Below, piece by piece: positions 1 to 8,487 of a stretch of 32,000 nt of DNA (its first letter is position 1; each line of letters begins with the position of its first letter). The stretch spans positions 360,001-392,000 of the forward strand of contig CBDCNV010000002.1 of assembly GCA_965219535.1 (NCBI GenBank), in the 5' to 3' direction. Origin of the DNA: Opitutales bacterium. Lineage in GTDB: Bacteria; Verrucomicrobiota; Verrucomicrobiia; Opitutales; PNEW01. The position numbers and the translations under genes are program-made. The notes under the pieces were generated by a model. It was not told the origin of the DNA, did no database searches, and saw nothing but the letters and a program-made list of their open reading frames with translations.

Positions 1-242
1 AATACCTCACCGTGGACAAGGGTTTTGCGCAGGTCTTAGGGGATAAAGTATCGGTCCTGACCGAAGGCGCGATCGATGTCGAAGAGATTGATCTCTCTGC
101 GGTAGAGGATGCGCAATTGCGAGCGGAGAAAGCGCTCGCCGAAGCGGCGGAACAGAAAATGGATCCCGCCGAGATTGAACAATTGGAGACGATTGCCCGG
201 TTCTCCCTCGCACAAAAATTGGCGAAAGAAAAACGCCGTTAG
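1..242 (+). CDS. atpC: F0F1 ATP synthase epsilon subunit, C-terminal part (5' end lies outside the window)
   Basis: The frame is open from base 3. The translation YLTVDKGFAQVLGDKVSVLTEGAIDVEEIDLSAVEDAQLRAEKALAEA... resembles the end of the beta-sandwich and the C-terminal helical hairpin of epsilon subunits. Stop TAG at 240-242. Confidence 0.7.
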   Translation, partial: YLTVDKGFAQVLGDKVSVLTEGAIDVEEIDLSAVEDAQLRAEKALAEAAEQKMDPAEIEQLETIARFSLAQKLAKEKRR

Positions 243-282
243 ATTATTTATCAATAAAGAAAATACTTTTAATAATAAGTGA

Positions 283-1017
283 ATGAAAAATCCAGTTCGT
301 GAAAAATTAAGCGAGGGTAAAGTATCGATCGGCTCATGGCTCAATCTCGGTTCGCCCCTGGCGGGTGAAGTGATGGCGGACGCGGGGTTTGAATGGCTCA
401 CCGTTGATGCTGAGCATACCGCATATGATATGTCGCTCATTGCCGATACATTTCGCGGCATCGATGCGCGCGGAGCGGTGTCCTTTGTCCGTGCCTGGGA
501 TCACAATCCCGTGACGATGGCCCGACTTCTCGACGCCGGCGCCTACGGTATTGTCATTCCCCATGTCAGTACCCCCGAGCAAGCGGCAGCTATCGCGAGT
601 GCGATGCGCTACCCGCCGGTGGGTATACGCTCAAGTGGAACCGGTCGGATGGCGACTTTTGGCAGTGATTATAAGGCGACGGCCAACGGTGAAATCATGT
701 GCATGCCGCAGATCGAAGACATGGAAGGAATCAATAATGCCGAAGCAATCATGTCCCTGGAGGGAGTGGATGTCGGCTTTCTCGGACCCGGTGACTTATC
801 CATGTCCATGGGGCTGGAACCGGGTCATCCCGATCATGAAGCAGCGATCCAGAAATTTTTAGCGGCCTGTAAGAAAGTAGGAAAGCCAGCCGGGATCCCC
901 ACCTCATTTGAAGCGGCCCAGCAGCGGATCGACGAGGGATTTCTCATGATCGATGTTTCCAACGAGCTCGCCATCCTCTCCGGCGCGGCGCGGAAGATGG
1001 TAGAAGCATTACGCTAA
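283..1017 (+). CDS. HpcH/HpaI family aldolase (2-keto-3-deoxy-acid aldolase type)
   Basis: 244 aa. N-terminus KLSEGKVSIGSWLNLGSPLAGEVMADAGFEWLTVDAEHTAYD and later PQIEDMEGINNAEAIMSLEGVDVGFLGPGDLSMSMG are typical of the HpcH/HpaI class II aldolase fold. Confidence 0.85.
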   Translation: MKNPVREKLSEGKVSIGSWLNLGSPLAGEVMADAGFEWLTVDAEHTAYDMSLIADTFRGIDARGAVSFVRAWDHNPVTMARLLDAGAYGIVIPHVSTPEQAAAIASAMRYPPVGIRSSGTGRMATFGSDYKATANGEIMCMPQIEDMEGINNAEAIMSLEGVDVGFLGPGDLSMSMGLEPGHPDHEAAIQKFLAACKKVGKPAGIPTSFEAAQQRIDEGFLMIDVSNELAILSGAARKMVEALR

Positions 1018-1096
1018 GCTTGTTCCAAAGGGACTAAGACGGTAATTAATCTTGCCTCGATATTCGAGGGACGTTGATTATTATCATTTACCTTTA

Positions 1097-1172
1097 GGGC
1101 CCTTAGCTCAGCGGTTAGAGCAGAGGACTCATAATCCTTTGGTCGCAGGTTCGAATCCTGCAGGGCCCACCA
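1097..1172 (+). tRNA. tRNA with CAT anticodon, probably tRNA-Ile2 (lysidine type); elongator tRNA-Met not excluded
   Basis: A 76-nt cloverleaf can be drawn: acceptor GGGCCCT/AGGGCCC, D arm GCTC..GAGC, anticodon stem GAGGA/TCCTT, loop CTCATAA (CAT at 1130-1132), T arm GCAGG-TTCGAAT-CCTGC, encoded CCA. The D arm and variable region closely resemble E. coli ileX as I recall it. Confidence 0.9.
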
Positions 1173-1387
1173 TTGATGATCAGTAAGTTATGATAATAGA
1201 GGGACAGTCCAACAAACATACTGATCTATTTCTGATCTACTTTTATTCATCACTATTTGCATTTAATAATATTGAACATCTATTTTTCTGAACCTTTGCA
1301 TGAGCGATCTATTAAACTACTGCCCGCTATCCTAAGGCGAAGGAACCCTTTCTCTCCTTGTATCATTCATTAGCGGTATGCTCTCGC

Positions 1388-1527
1388 TTAATTGATTGAT
1401 GGCTCTGCCCAAGATGATCTTTTTGCCCTGATTTAGAGGGGGTTTCCTTTGCCCTTTAGCTAGCTATAATTATGATATATTGCCCATACGAAGGCTCAAA
1501 AATAAGCTAGAGCGATCAATCAATTAA
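1388..1527. repeat. 19-bp inverted repeat (one mismatch) separated by 102 bp, between the tRNA and the first island ORF
   Basis: TTAATTGATTGATGGCTCT at 1388-1406. The reverse complement of 1509-1527 is TTAATTGATTGATCGCTCT. Confidence 0.7.
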
Positions 1528-1568
1528 TCGATAATTATTGCGATTTTCCGCTTGATTTTTAGCAGCTT

Positions 1569-2105
1569 ATGATATATAATATATTGATAATGAATGATTT
1601 ACCATATAGATTTCGAGAATCTAGTTTTCGCCGGTTCGAGCCACACATTAATGACATCGTTAATTGCTTTCCTGGGCCAATTACCATCGACCCCACCCCA
1701 TTGAGCCAGGTCACCTTCTCTTGTCGCTTGAGGGATGCGATGAAGTCTCTCAGCTTAAACCGTTGGCAGACTGAAATCAGTATGGAGCGTTTTGATAGGA
1801 TTTACCGTGAAATTGTTGTTTCAGAAGGACATGGAGTAGTCAGAGTCGGATCGTCTAATACGATCAGGAATAACAAACCGCTAATACCATGCGGTAAAGT
1901 AACTGAAACGAGTGGAACAAAATTCGTGGAATTAATTTATCCTGATTTGGGATTGTTTATTGCCGCTTGTCTGATGGTTGATCGAAAAATTATGAATGAA
2001 GTTCGAGCTATTGGTGTAGAGGATGAATGGCTCGAAAAATATGCGGCTTCATCAGATTTACATTGGAAACGGGAGGATAGTTTAGTGGTAATAAACAAGG
2101 GATGA
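1569..2105 (+). CDS. hypothetical protein (no recognisable motif); the start may be the ATG at 1590
   Basis: 178-aa ORF in AT-rich DNA with no competing ORF. I recognise no family. Confidence 0.4.
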   Translation: MIYNILIMNDLPYRFRESSFRRFEPHINDIVNCFPGPITIDPTPLSQVTFSCRLRDAMKSLSLNRWQTEISMERFDRIYREIVVSEGHGVVRVGSSNTIRNNKPLIPCGKVTETSGTKFVELIYPDLGLFIAACLMVDRKIMNEVRAIGVEDEWLEKYAASSDLHWKREDSLVVINKG

Positions 2106-2320
2106 ATCTAGCCCAAGTCTATATCACAAACTGATATAGACTCAGCCCCTTCTCTATAATTGATGCTACTAATTTCTTTATTTTTTTATCGCTCATGATG
2201 GCGATTCACTTTTGGCTTTTAAAGGCTGTGCTGCCTTTGCAATAAGCGCATCGAATACTCGCTTATCTATAACTAAGTCCTTAACTAAACTAGGCTCTTT
2301 TTTTCCTATAAACTTAACGG

Positions 2321-2392
2321 TGATCGGACCCCGTTTTTCGTACCAATTATTAAGTGAGAGAGTTACCGGGTGTTAATGGTTTTAGGATTGAT
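2321..2392 (-). mobile_element. solo right-end (IRR) remnant of ISa, 72 bp
   Basis: TGATCGGACCCCGTTTTTCGTACCAAT..AAGTGAGAGAGTTACCGGGTGTTAATGGTTTTAGGATTGAT matches the 7114-7182 end of ISa copy 1 apart from a 3-nt indel. Homology stops abruptly at 2392. Confidence 0.8.
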
Positions 2393-2423
2393 CGGGGTAG
2401 TAAGATTACAAATAAATCTTAAT

Positions 2424-3152
2424 TTAGTATTTCGTTCCCCATAAGAGTAAATAACGTGATACACATAGAATCGGTCCAGATTGTAAATCTCTTTTCATCC
2501 GGCCAATCCCTTTGTTAAAAGCTTCTTCGGAAATAAGGTGTAATGAAGAAAATGCTTTATCTTGAAATGCTTTGATTTCTTCTAATTCAAAACAGTGCTC
2601 GACATTCATCTCAATAACATCTCTAAAACCAACTTGATCCATTAAATCTCTAAGCTGGCTAATGCGGGGATACCTTCTTAATTCTACCTCAACAATACCT
2701 GGAAAATATCTAGCAAGAGGTTGTCTATTTCTAATTATCCATTCTGAATCAGTAACAGTACATACTTTACCACCTGGCTTTAATACTCGAAAAGTCTCTT
2801 GGAAGTAGTTAAAGCAATTGATTAAGTGATGAATCACATCAACTGAAAAAACGAGGTTAAGAAAATCATTCTGAAGTCCAAGGGATTCTGCATTTCCTAA
2901 TTCAAAATGGATGCTGTCCGATCGTTCTTCAGCTTTAGATAACATCTTTGTTGAAGGATCAATTCCCCAACATGAACAATTAACGGAATTTTTTATTGAT
3001 ATAATATAATTTCCAGTTCCGCACCCCACTTCCAAGACTCTGTCATTAATATTTATTTTACTGTCTGAGATAAGTTTTTCGAGAACCTTTGGATGAAGTT
3101 TTCGATTATGCGCATATTCTGAGGCAATTTTATCATAATCTATATTCATCAA
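2424..3152 (-). CDS. class I SAM-dependent methyltransferase
   Basis: 242 aa. Motif I VLEVGCGTGNY, post-I acidic WGIDPS, and later LKPGGKV. AT-rich island cargo. Confidence 0.85.
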   Translation of the reverse strand: MMNIDYDKIASEYAHNRKLHPKVLEKLISDSKININDRVLEVGCGTGNYIISIKNSVNCSCWGIDPSTKMLSKAEERSDSIHFELGNAESLGLQNDFLNLVFSVDVIHHLINCFNYFQETFRVLKPGGKVCTVTDSEWIIRNRQPLARYFPGIVEVELRRYPRISQLRDLMDQVGFRDVIEMNVEHCFELEEIKAFQDKAFSSLHLISEEAFNKGIGRMKRDLQSGPILCVSRYLLLWGTKY

Positions 3153-3179
3153 GCTTACTTTACATCATCTTAATCCAGG

Positions 3180-3514
3180 TGATCGGGATACACAAACTGG
3201 TCCACCGGGAGAGTCAGTCTGAAGAGGTTTAAGTTGGTAGAGGAAGTCAAGGCTTGGGTGCAATGAGAGCATAACCCGAATGTGGCCAAGATCGGAAAGG
3301 AATCTGACAAACTCTTGTGGGCTTTTAAAGTCTAAAGGGCTGTGAGGATGTTCATGGTTATATGCCTGTTGCCATTGTTCGATTTCCTCTGTCTGCTTGC
3401 CGCAGCATCCGTATCTTCTCTTCACTCATGTATCTTTTTCCTTCCATTGTCTGAGTCCTTTTAAAGTTACCCAGACTAACTTTTCAAGTGGCCCACTTTT
3501 CGTGGTCACGACCA
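3180..3514 (-). mobile_element. mini-ISb: 335-bp internally deleted IS3-family derivative that keeps both terminal inverted repeats
   Basis: IRR TGATCGGGATACACAAACTGGTCCAC starts at 3180. IRL (reverse complement TGGTCGTGACCACGAAAAGTGGGCCAC) ends at 3514. Inside, the first ~20 codons of orfA (MEGKRYMSEEKIRMLRQAD) are joined directly to the transposase C-terminus (IEQWQQAYNHEHPHSPLDFKSPQEFVRFLSDLG...). This corresponds to ORF-track entry 3165..3425. Confidence 0.75.
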
Positions 3515-3515
3515 A

Positions 3516-3830
3516 ATGCAAATTAATAGACCTAGTATTGTAGGACGATATACAAATGATATTGTATATAAGCGTTTAGCACCAAATATTGTAGAAGAAC
3601 TTGAAAAACGTAATCCTAAGAACTCGTCAGGGAATCGACGCGTAAGACACCATCAATGGCTAACAGAAGATATAGGTAATCCTGCATTAGCACAACATTT
3701 ATATGCTGTAATTGCCCTTATGAAAGTGTCGAAAAATTGGGATAAATTTATGTCTTCTTTAGAACGTGTTTTTCCTGAACAGGGTGATGATTTTCGATTT
3801 AGATTGAATGGTAATAATAAAAACTCATAA
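3516..3830 (+). pseudogene. P63C-domain protein, C-terminal fragment (5' end removed at the IS boundary)
   Basis: GRYTNDIVYKRLAPNIVEELEKRNPKNSSGNRRVRHHQWLTEDIGNPALAQHLYAVIALMKVSKNWDKFMSSLERVFP matches my recollection of the conserved P63C-domain core. The ORF begins 2 bp after the mini-ISb end and stops 5 bp before ISb. Confidence 0.5.
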
Positions 3831-3835
3831 AGGGG

Positions 3836-5122
3836 TGGTCGTGACCACGAAAACTGGTCCACTAGAAAAGTTAGTCTGGGACACCTAGAAAGGACTCAGA
3901 CAATGAAAGGCAAAAGATATACAACCGAAGAGAAGATACGGATGCTGCGGCAGGCAGACAAAGGGAAAACGATCCTGGAAGTATGCCGCGAGAACAACAT
4001 AAGCGAACAGACCTTCCACCGCTGGAAACGTGAACTTGGGATGATTGATGTCAACCAGGCCAAGCGGATGAAGGAACTCTTTGAAGGAGAACGCGCGGTT
4101 AAAGCGGATGCTGGCGGACAAGCTGCTGGGGATAGAGATTGTGCAGGAGACGCTCGAAAAAAAACTGTAAGCCCTGGGCACAAGCGGCAAGTGGCAGAGA
4201 GACTTGTGGCCCGGGGCCAGTGTTCGATACGTGGAGCGTGCCGATACTTTCACCTGCACCGCTCCACCTATGCGTATCGGGCGAAGTATCCTGATGCCTG
4301 GCTAACGAAACTGAAGGCGGCAGTAAGGCGGTTATCACGGCAATACGCGAGGTGGGGCTATCCGAAGATCACGAAGCTGTTGAAGGACGAAGGCTGGCAG
4401 GTGGGTAAACGGCTCGTGCAAGGTCTGCGACGTGAACTGGGCCTGGCGATCCCCCCACGCAAGCCAAGACGCCGGCGCAGGGGTGTCTCCACCGGGCTGC
4501 CGACGAAGGCCGAACATCCCGACCATGTTTGGACCTGGGACTTTATCCACGATAAGACGGTCCGCGGTGGGAATCTCAAAATGCTCACCGTCCTTGACGA
4601 GTACACCCGCGAGTGCCGGGTGATCCATGTCGATCGCCATATCAATGCGCAGAAGGTGCGCGGGGTCATGCAAAAACTGCTCGACCCTCATGGGCCGCCA
4701 AAATATATTCGCAGCGATAACGGTTCCGAGTTTATTGAAAAGGAATTGCGAACTTGGCTAACTGCGATGAAAATCAATACCCTCTATATCGAACCAGGAA
4801 GCCCTTGGCAGAACGGATACATCGAATCGTTCCATGCCCGTTTTCGCGAGGAGTGTCTAAATCGTGAACAGCTGTGGACTTTGACCGAAGCCCGCGTGGT
4901 GATCGAAGATTGGCGCTGGCTTTACAATCATGTTCGACCCCACCGCAGCCTCGGCAATATTACTCCACAACGTTTCGCTCAAAACCTCAATACCGAAGGC
5001 TCGGGCTCCATTCGGGCTACGCCCTCATTGCGCCCAAGCCTTGACTTCCTCTACCAACTTAACTTCAACATTAACCTCTCCAGACTAACTCTCTCAGTGG
5101 ACCAGTTTGTGTAACCCGACCA
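3836..5122 (+). mobile_element. ISb: IS3-family (IS407-group-like) insertion sequence, 1287 bp
   Basis: Terminal IRs: TGGTCGTGACCACGAAAACTGGTCCAC at 3836. The reverse complement of the right end is TGGTCGGGTTACACAAACTGGTCCAC, ending at 5122. TG...CA termini. Encodes a DDE transposase. Confidence 0.85.
3903..5114 (+). CDS. IS3-family transposase read as one 403-aa ORF (OrfA HTH fused to the OrfB DDE domain through an out-of-frame linker)
   Basis: N-terminal HTH MKGKRYTTEEKIRMLRQADKGKTILEVCRENNISEQTFHRWKRE. DDE signature WTWDFIHD ... YIRSDNGSEF ... NGYIESFHARFREECL. The leucine-zipper segment ENARLKRMLADKLLGIEIVQETLEKKL* is readable only in the +1 frame at 4087-4170. An A8 run lies at 4157-4164. 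Confidence 0.85.
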   Translation: MKGKRYTTEEKIRMLRQADKGKTILEVCRENNISEQTFHRWKRELGMIDVNQAKRMKELFEGERAVKADAGGQAAGDRDCAGDARKKTVSPGHKRQVAERLVARGQCSIRGACRYFHLHRSTYAYRAKYPDAWLTKLKAAVRRLSRQYARWGYPKITKLLKDEGWQVGKRLVQGLRRELGLAIPPRKPRRRRRGVSTGLPTKAEHPDHVWTWDFIHDKTVRGGNLKMLTVLDEYTRECRVIHVDRHINAQKVRGVMQKLLDPHGPPKYIRSDNGSEFIEKELRTWLTAMKINTLYIEPGSPWQNGYIESFHARFREECLNREQLWTLTEARVVIEDWRWLYNHVRPHRSLGNITPQRFAQNLNTEGSGSIRATPSLRPSLDFLYQLNFNINLSRLTLSVDQFV

Positions 5123-5769
5123 GGTGCATCACTACATGCAACATTTTGAACTTCACCATTTTTATCAAACCAAACAACAAAATTTTTTTTAAAATTTAGT
5201 TCATATTTTAGGTTTTTATAACGGCCATATTTTAACTTAACATCTATACGTCCTTTGACACTCCCTTCAAACGGTAAAGCTGGTAATGTTATAGGATTAG
5301 AAGTAAAAGAAGAACTTCCTTTTTCTCCTATAACATTGAATCTGTTGTTGTAATCTTGTGTTTCTGGAATAGTGGTTCCAAAACTTGTTATTAAAGATAT
5401 TAATTCACATCGAATTGGAAAATCAGCAGAATTGTAAAGTTCAAACGCTTGAAAAAAAGTATTCTTGCTTTCAGGTTGTCTAATTAAAAGCATATCCTTA
5501 AACGCAAGCTTACCTTTTACTTTTCTTTTATATCGCCAATCATGAGATTGGTTTAATGCAATAGCTGTTAATGAAAATACCATCACTGCACCAAACCAGA
5601 TATAGGCTAACTGAAATTCTTGAATCCAAGCTAATAATATTGTTATCACCGTGAGTATCAAAGGCCATACCAAAGACTGTAAAATCCCATTAGCGATACA
5701 TCCCGCGAGCCAACTAATAAATTTTTTCCACATATATTCATGGTAATTATTGTTGTGTGTTATTTTCAA
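5071..5769 (-). CDS. hypothetical membrane protein; the last 17 codons (5071-5122) are read from the ISb terminus, so the native 3' end is probably lost
   Basis: 232-aa ORF. Hydrophobic N-terminal segments (FISWLAGCIANGILQSLVWPLILTVITILLAWI, AYIWFGAVMVFSLTAIAL) are followed by a beta-rich soluble part. No recognised family. Confidence 0.45.
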   Translation of the reverse strand: MKITHNNNYHEYMWKKFISWLAGCIANGILQSLVWPLILTVITILLAWIQEFQLAYIWFGAVMVFSLTAIALNQSHDWRYKRKVKGKLAFKDMLLIRQPESKNTFFQAFELYNSADFPIRCELISLITSFGTTIPETQDYNNRFNVIGEKGSSSFTSNPITLPALPFEGSVKGRIDVKLKYGRYKNLKYELNFKKNFVVWFDKNGEVQNVACSDAPGRVTQTGPLRELVWRG

Positions 5770-5982
5770 TAAAAAATTATAAAATAGTGGGGTCTTAACT
5801 CATTTTCATTGTATTTAATTAAGGCCTTAAACTAGGAAATTCCGTTTTTTAAACCAATACGAAATCAAAGATAGTCCTCCGTAGAAAATCGCGGTCCATA
5901 TGCTAAACGCCATAATTAATGCGGGCCCGTTGACACTATCGCTAAAGTAAACTTCCCAGCCTCCCTCTCTTGCGATTGTGCT

Positions 5983-6071
5983 TGGTCGTGACCACGAAAA
6001 GTGGGCCACTTGAAAAGTTAGTCTGGGTAACTTTAAAAGGACTCAGACAATGGAAGGAAAAAGATACATGA
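5983..6071 (+). mobile_element. solo left-end remnant of an ISb-like element (89 bp), identical to the left end of mini-ISb but in the opposite orientation
   Basis: 5983-6071 equals the reverse complement of 3426-3514 base for base (IRL plus the first 7 orfA codons). Homology ends at ...GATACATGA. Confidence 0.85.
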
Positions 6072-6619
6072 CCGATGAACAAATAATAAAACTCGATTGC
6101 GACGCACACGCTTTTTGTAGAGCGGCCAAATTAATAGACGATGAAATACAAAAAAAGGGTATTAAATCAGAGCCAGAGGCGTTTGCGTGGAAAAGCATGA
6201 ATACAGTCATGATGTGCAACCTTGGCATGGCTTTTGAGTTGAGATTGAAGCTGTTATTGATTAAGACAGGGATAGAAGTCCTAGAGTCGCATAAACTGGC
6301 TAAACTTTTGTCTAAATTATCATCCGCTGTTCGCTCAGATCTAGATACAGAGTACGTTAACTTGCAACGGCCGATTTCTATCGTTGCTTTAAAACTACCC
6401 CAGACTAAAGAGGGGCGCCCTGATCCACCCGATGATAATAGGTCACTAGATACCTTAGCACAGTTCTTAGAATATCTCGATGATATTGGGCTATATTCTC
6501 AGAGATATTCGTTTGAGTGCTTTAAAAGCGCCGGCTGGAATATCTACTTAGATCATCCAATCGCTTTATTCGACCTGTTGGAAAAGATTGAGAAATATAC
6601 TGCCGCAATCCGAAATTAA
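6050..6619 (+). CDS. chimeric ORF: IS-derived start (MEGKRYM) fused to a HEPN-like all-helical protein (tentative)
   Basis: The first 22 nt belong to the IS remnant. The segment LGMAFELRLKLLLIKTGIEVLESHKLAKLLSKL resembles the helix-x-H-x-L helix core of small HEPN-domain proteins. No Rx4-6H motif is seen. Confidence 0.35.
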   Translation: MEGKRYMTDEQIIKLDCDAHAFCRAAKLIDDEIQKKGIKSEPEAFAWKSMNTVMMCNLGMAFELRLKLLLIKTGIEVLESHKLAKLLSKLSSAVRSDLDTEYVNLQRPISIVALKLPQTKEGRPDPPDDNRSLDTLAQFLEYLDDIGLYSQRYSFECFKSAGWNIYLDHPIALFDLLEKIEKYTAAIRN

Positions 6620-6908
6620 TTAACTGGGTCTGGTGTCTTCAGATGCAATACTGGTATCCCATCATTACAAGGCGCATGTGGAAGGCAGTCTTTGAACCAC
6701 CACGACTAGTAGAGAGATTCCAGTAAGTCACCTATAAAGGGTTCATGGAAATCTAAGTAACACTAATTTTTAAAACTCGGAGTTGAAGGATCTGATCCGT
6801 CTTAATATGATAAGGAATTTAAAGATCTACAATTAAGTGGTTATGAATATACTTGTGAGGATTTAATTATAAAAATCATTGAAGAAGAAATTTAATAAAT
6901 AATTAGAA

Positions 6909-7113
6909 ATGTTTTCTATACCAGATGCAGATTTTTTGAAAGGGATTAATCCTGATGACAAAATTTACAGGATTATGAAATATGATTACTTTTTAGATTG
7001 GTTAAAGAATCGTCATTTACGTTTAACATCACCTGCAAATTGGGAGGACCCATTTGAAAACTTTCTAAGTAATATAGATTTAAAAAAGGACGGGAAACAC
7101 ATTGATTTAACTA
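6909..7113 (+). pseudogene. DUF2971-like protein, N-terminal half, cut by ISa copy 1
   Basis: KIYRIMKYDYFLDWLKNRHLRLTSPANWEDPFENF fits the DUF2971 N-terminal pattern (Y-[RK]-Y..., L.FS.P..[FW]NDPFE). The reading frame runs into the IS terminus at 7114. Confidence 0.6.
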
Positions 7114-7140
7114 TGATCGGACCCCGTTTTTCGTACCAAT

Positions 7141-8106
7141 TTAAGTGAGAGAGTTACCGGGTGTTAATGGTTTTAGGATTGATGTATATGAGAGATCTTG
7201 GCGAAGTGAGGGCGTAGCCCGAACGCGGCCAAGATCGGAAAGGAATCTGACAAACTCTTGTGGGCTTTTGAAGCCTAAACGACTGTGGGGATGTTCATGG
7301 TTATAGGTCTGACGCCATTGTTCGATTACCACTTGCGCTTCAGCCACGCTGAGCAACACTTCACGGTTCAAACACTCATCGCGTAAGCGGTTGTGAAACG
7401 ACTCGATGAAACCGTTTTGCCAGGGACTGCCCGGATCGATATAGATCGCCTTTATGTTATTACCGGACAACCACTGCTGCACTTGATGAGCAATGAACTC
7501 ACTGCCGTTGTCACTACGGATATAGCTGGGAGGTCCCTCCTCTTCAATGGCCTCGCTAAGCACAGAGAGGACATCGGTTGAGGTGAGTTGACGAGCGACC
7601 CGGATATCCAGGCATTTACGCGTATATGTCTTCGCTTCGCTTGAGTGTCGTCGCTTTCAGCTCCTCGGTACATCGATTAGAGTCATCATCTTTAATGGAC
7701 CGCCGTTGTCTGTACGATCATGGACAAAGTCCCAGGACCAAACGTGATTGCGACCCTTTGCTTTAGTAGGTGACCCCGTAGAGACTCCTTGACGGTGTCT
7801 GCCCTTTTTCGGGGGCTTTACCTGCAGCCCTTCTGAACGTCGTACCGCCTGGACAAACTTCCTGCTTGTTGTCCAGCCTTCCTTTACCAGCAAGGCACGG
7901 ATGCGCCGGTAACCGTAGCGGGGATGTTTCCAGGACAAGCTCACAATCCGCTCGACCAACCGCTGAGCTTTCTCACTGGCCTGTTTGGGCCGGTAACTGA
8001 ACGTTGACCAACTCAGGCTGAGATAAGCACAAGCCCTCCGCAACGAGCACAACCCTTTCTCAGCCGCAGCTTTTACTACTCGTTTCTTCTGCTTTGGGCT
8101 CACCAT
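7141..8106 (-). pseudogene. ISa copy 1 transposase OrfB (DDE) with in-frame TGA at 7657-7659
   Basis: One frame throughout: MVSPKQKKRVV...WSWDFVHD...LIDVPRS*KRRHSSEAKTYTRKCLDIRVARQL...YIRSDNGSEF...NGFIESFHNRLRDECL. Confidence 0.85.
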
Positions 8107-8393
8107 TTTTTTGACAGCGTTTCCTCCATTACCTGATTCTTGAGCATTTGATCTGCGAGCAGCTTCTTCAGCTCGGTATGTCAGGCCTTCTCGCTTGCGC
8201 TCGTGAATTCTTTTTCCAGCTCTTTAAATCGCTTCGCATCGGCAAGTTCTAAATTGCCATATTTTTTACGCCAGCGATAGAAAGTCTGTTCGCTCAGGTT
8301 GTTTCCACGGCAGATTTCCTGTACCGTTTTACCGGTATCGGCTTGCCGCAATATTGTTATAATCTGTTCTGTTGTGTATCTTTTTCTTTTCAT
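8100..8393 (-). pseudogene. ISa copy 1 transposase OrfA (HTH + leucine zipper) with in-frame TGA at 8181-8183
   Basis: MKRKRYTTEQIITILRQADTGKTVQEICRGNNLSEQTFYRWRKKYG...KELEKEFTSASEKA*HTELKKLLADQMLKNQVMEETLSKKW*. A AAA AAA heptamer at 8106-8112. Confidence 0.85.
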
Positions 8394-8487
8394 TGAGGTT
8401 ATCTGTTTATCCCGATAACCTCTCTCTGTAAATGATACGATTTTTGGGGGTCACTCCACATATTAATAGCGTATTCAGATTATTAAA

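Larger units (their letters stand above)
7114..8458 (-). mobile_element. ISa copy 1: IS3-family (IS407-group-like) element, 1345 bp
   Basis: Matches copies 2 and 3 over the full length. IRR TGATCGGACCCCGTTTTTCGTACC at 7114. The reverse complement of the IRL, TGGAGTGACCCCCAAAAATCGTATC, ends at 8458. Confidence 0.95.

Noticed and set aside
7393-7673. Antisense or alternative-frame ORFs inside the IS copies (62-aa and 73-aa entries, repeated in all three copies), and overlapping ORFs inside HpcH, actP, the DUF4838-like gene and the PhyH genes
   Set aside because: They overlap well-supported coding frames, lack motifs, and are repeated only because the IS itself is repeated.
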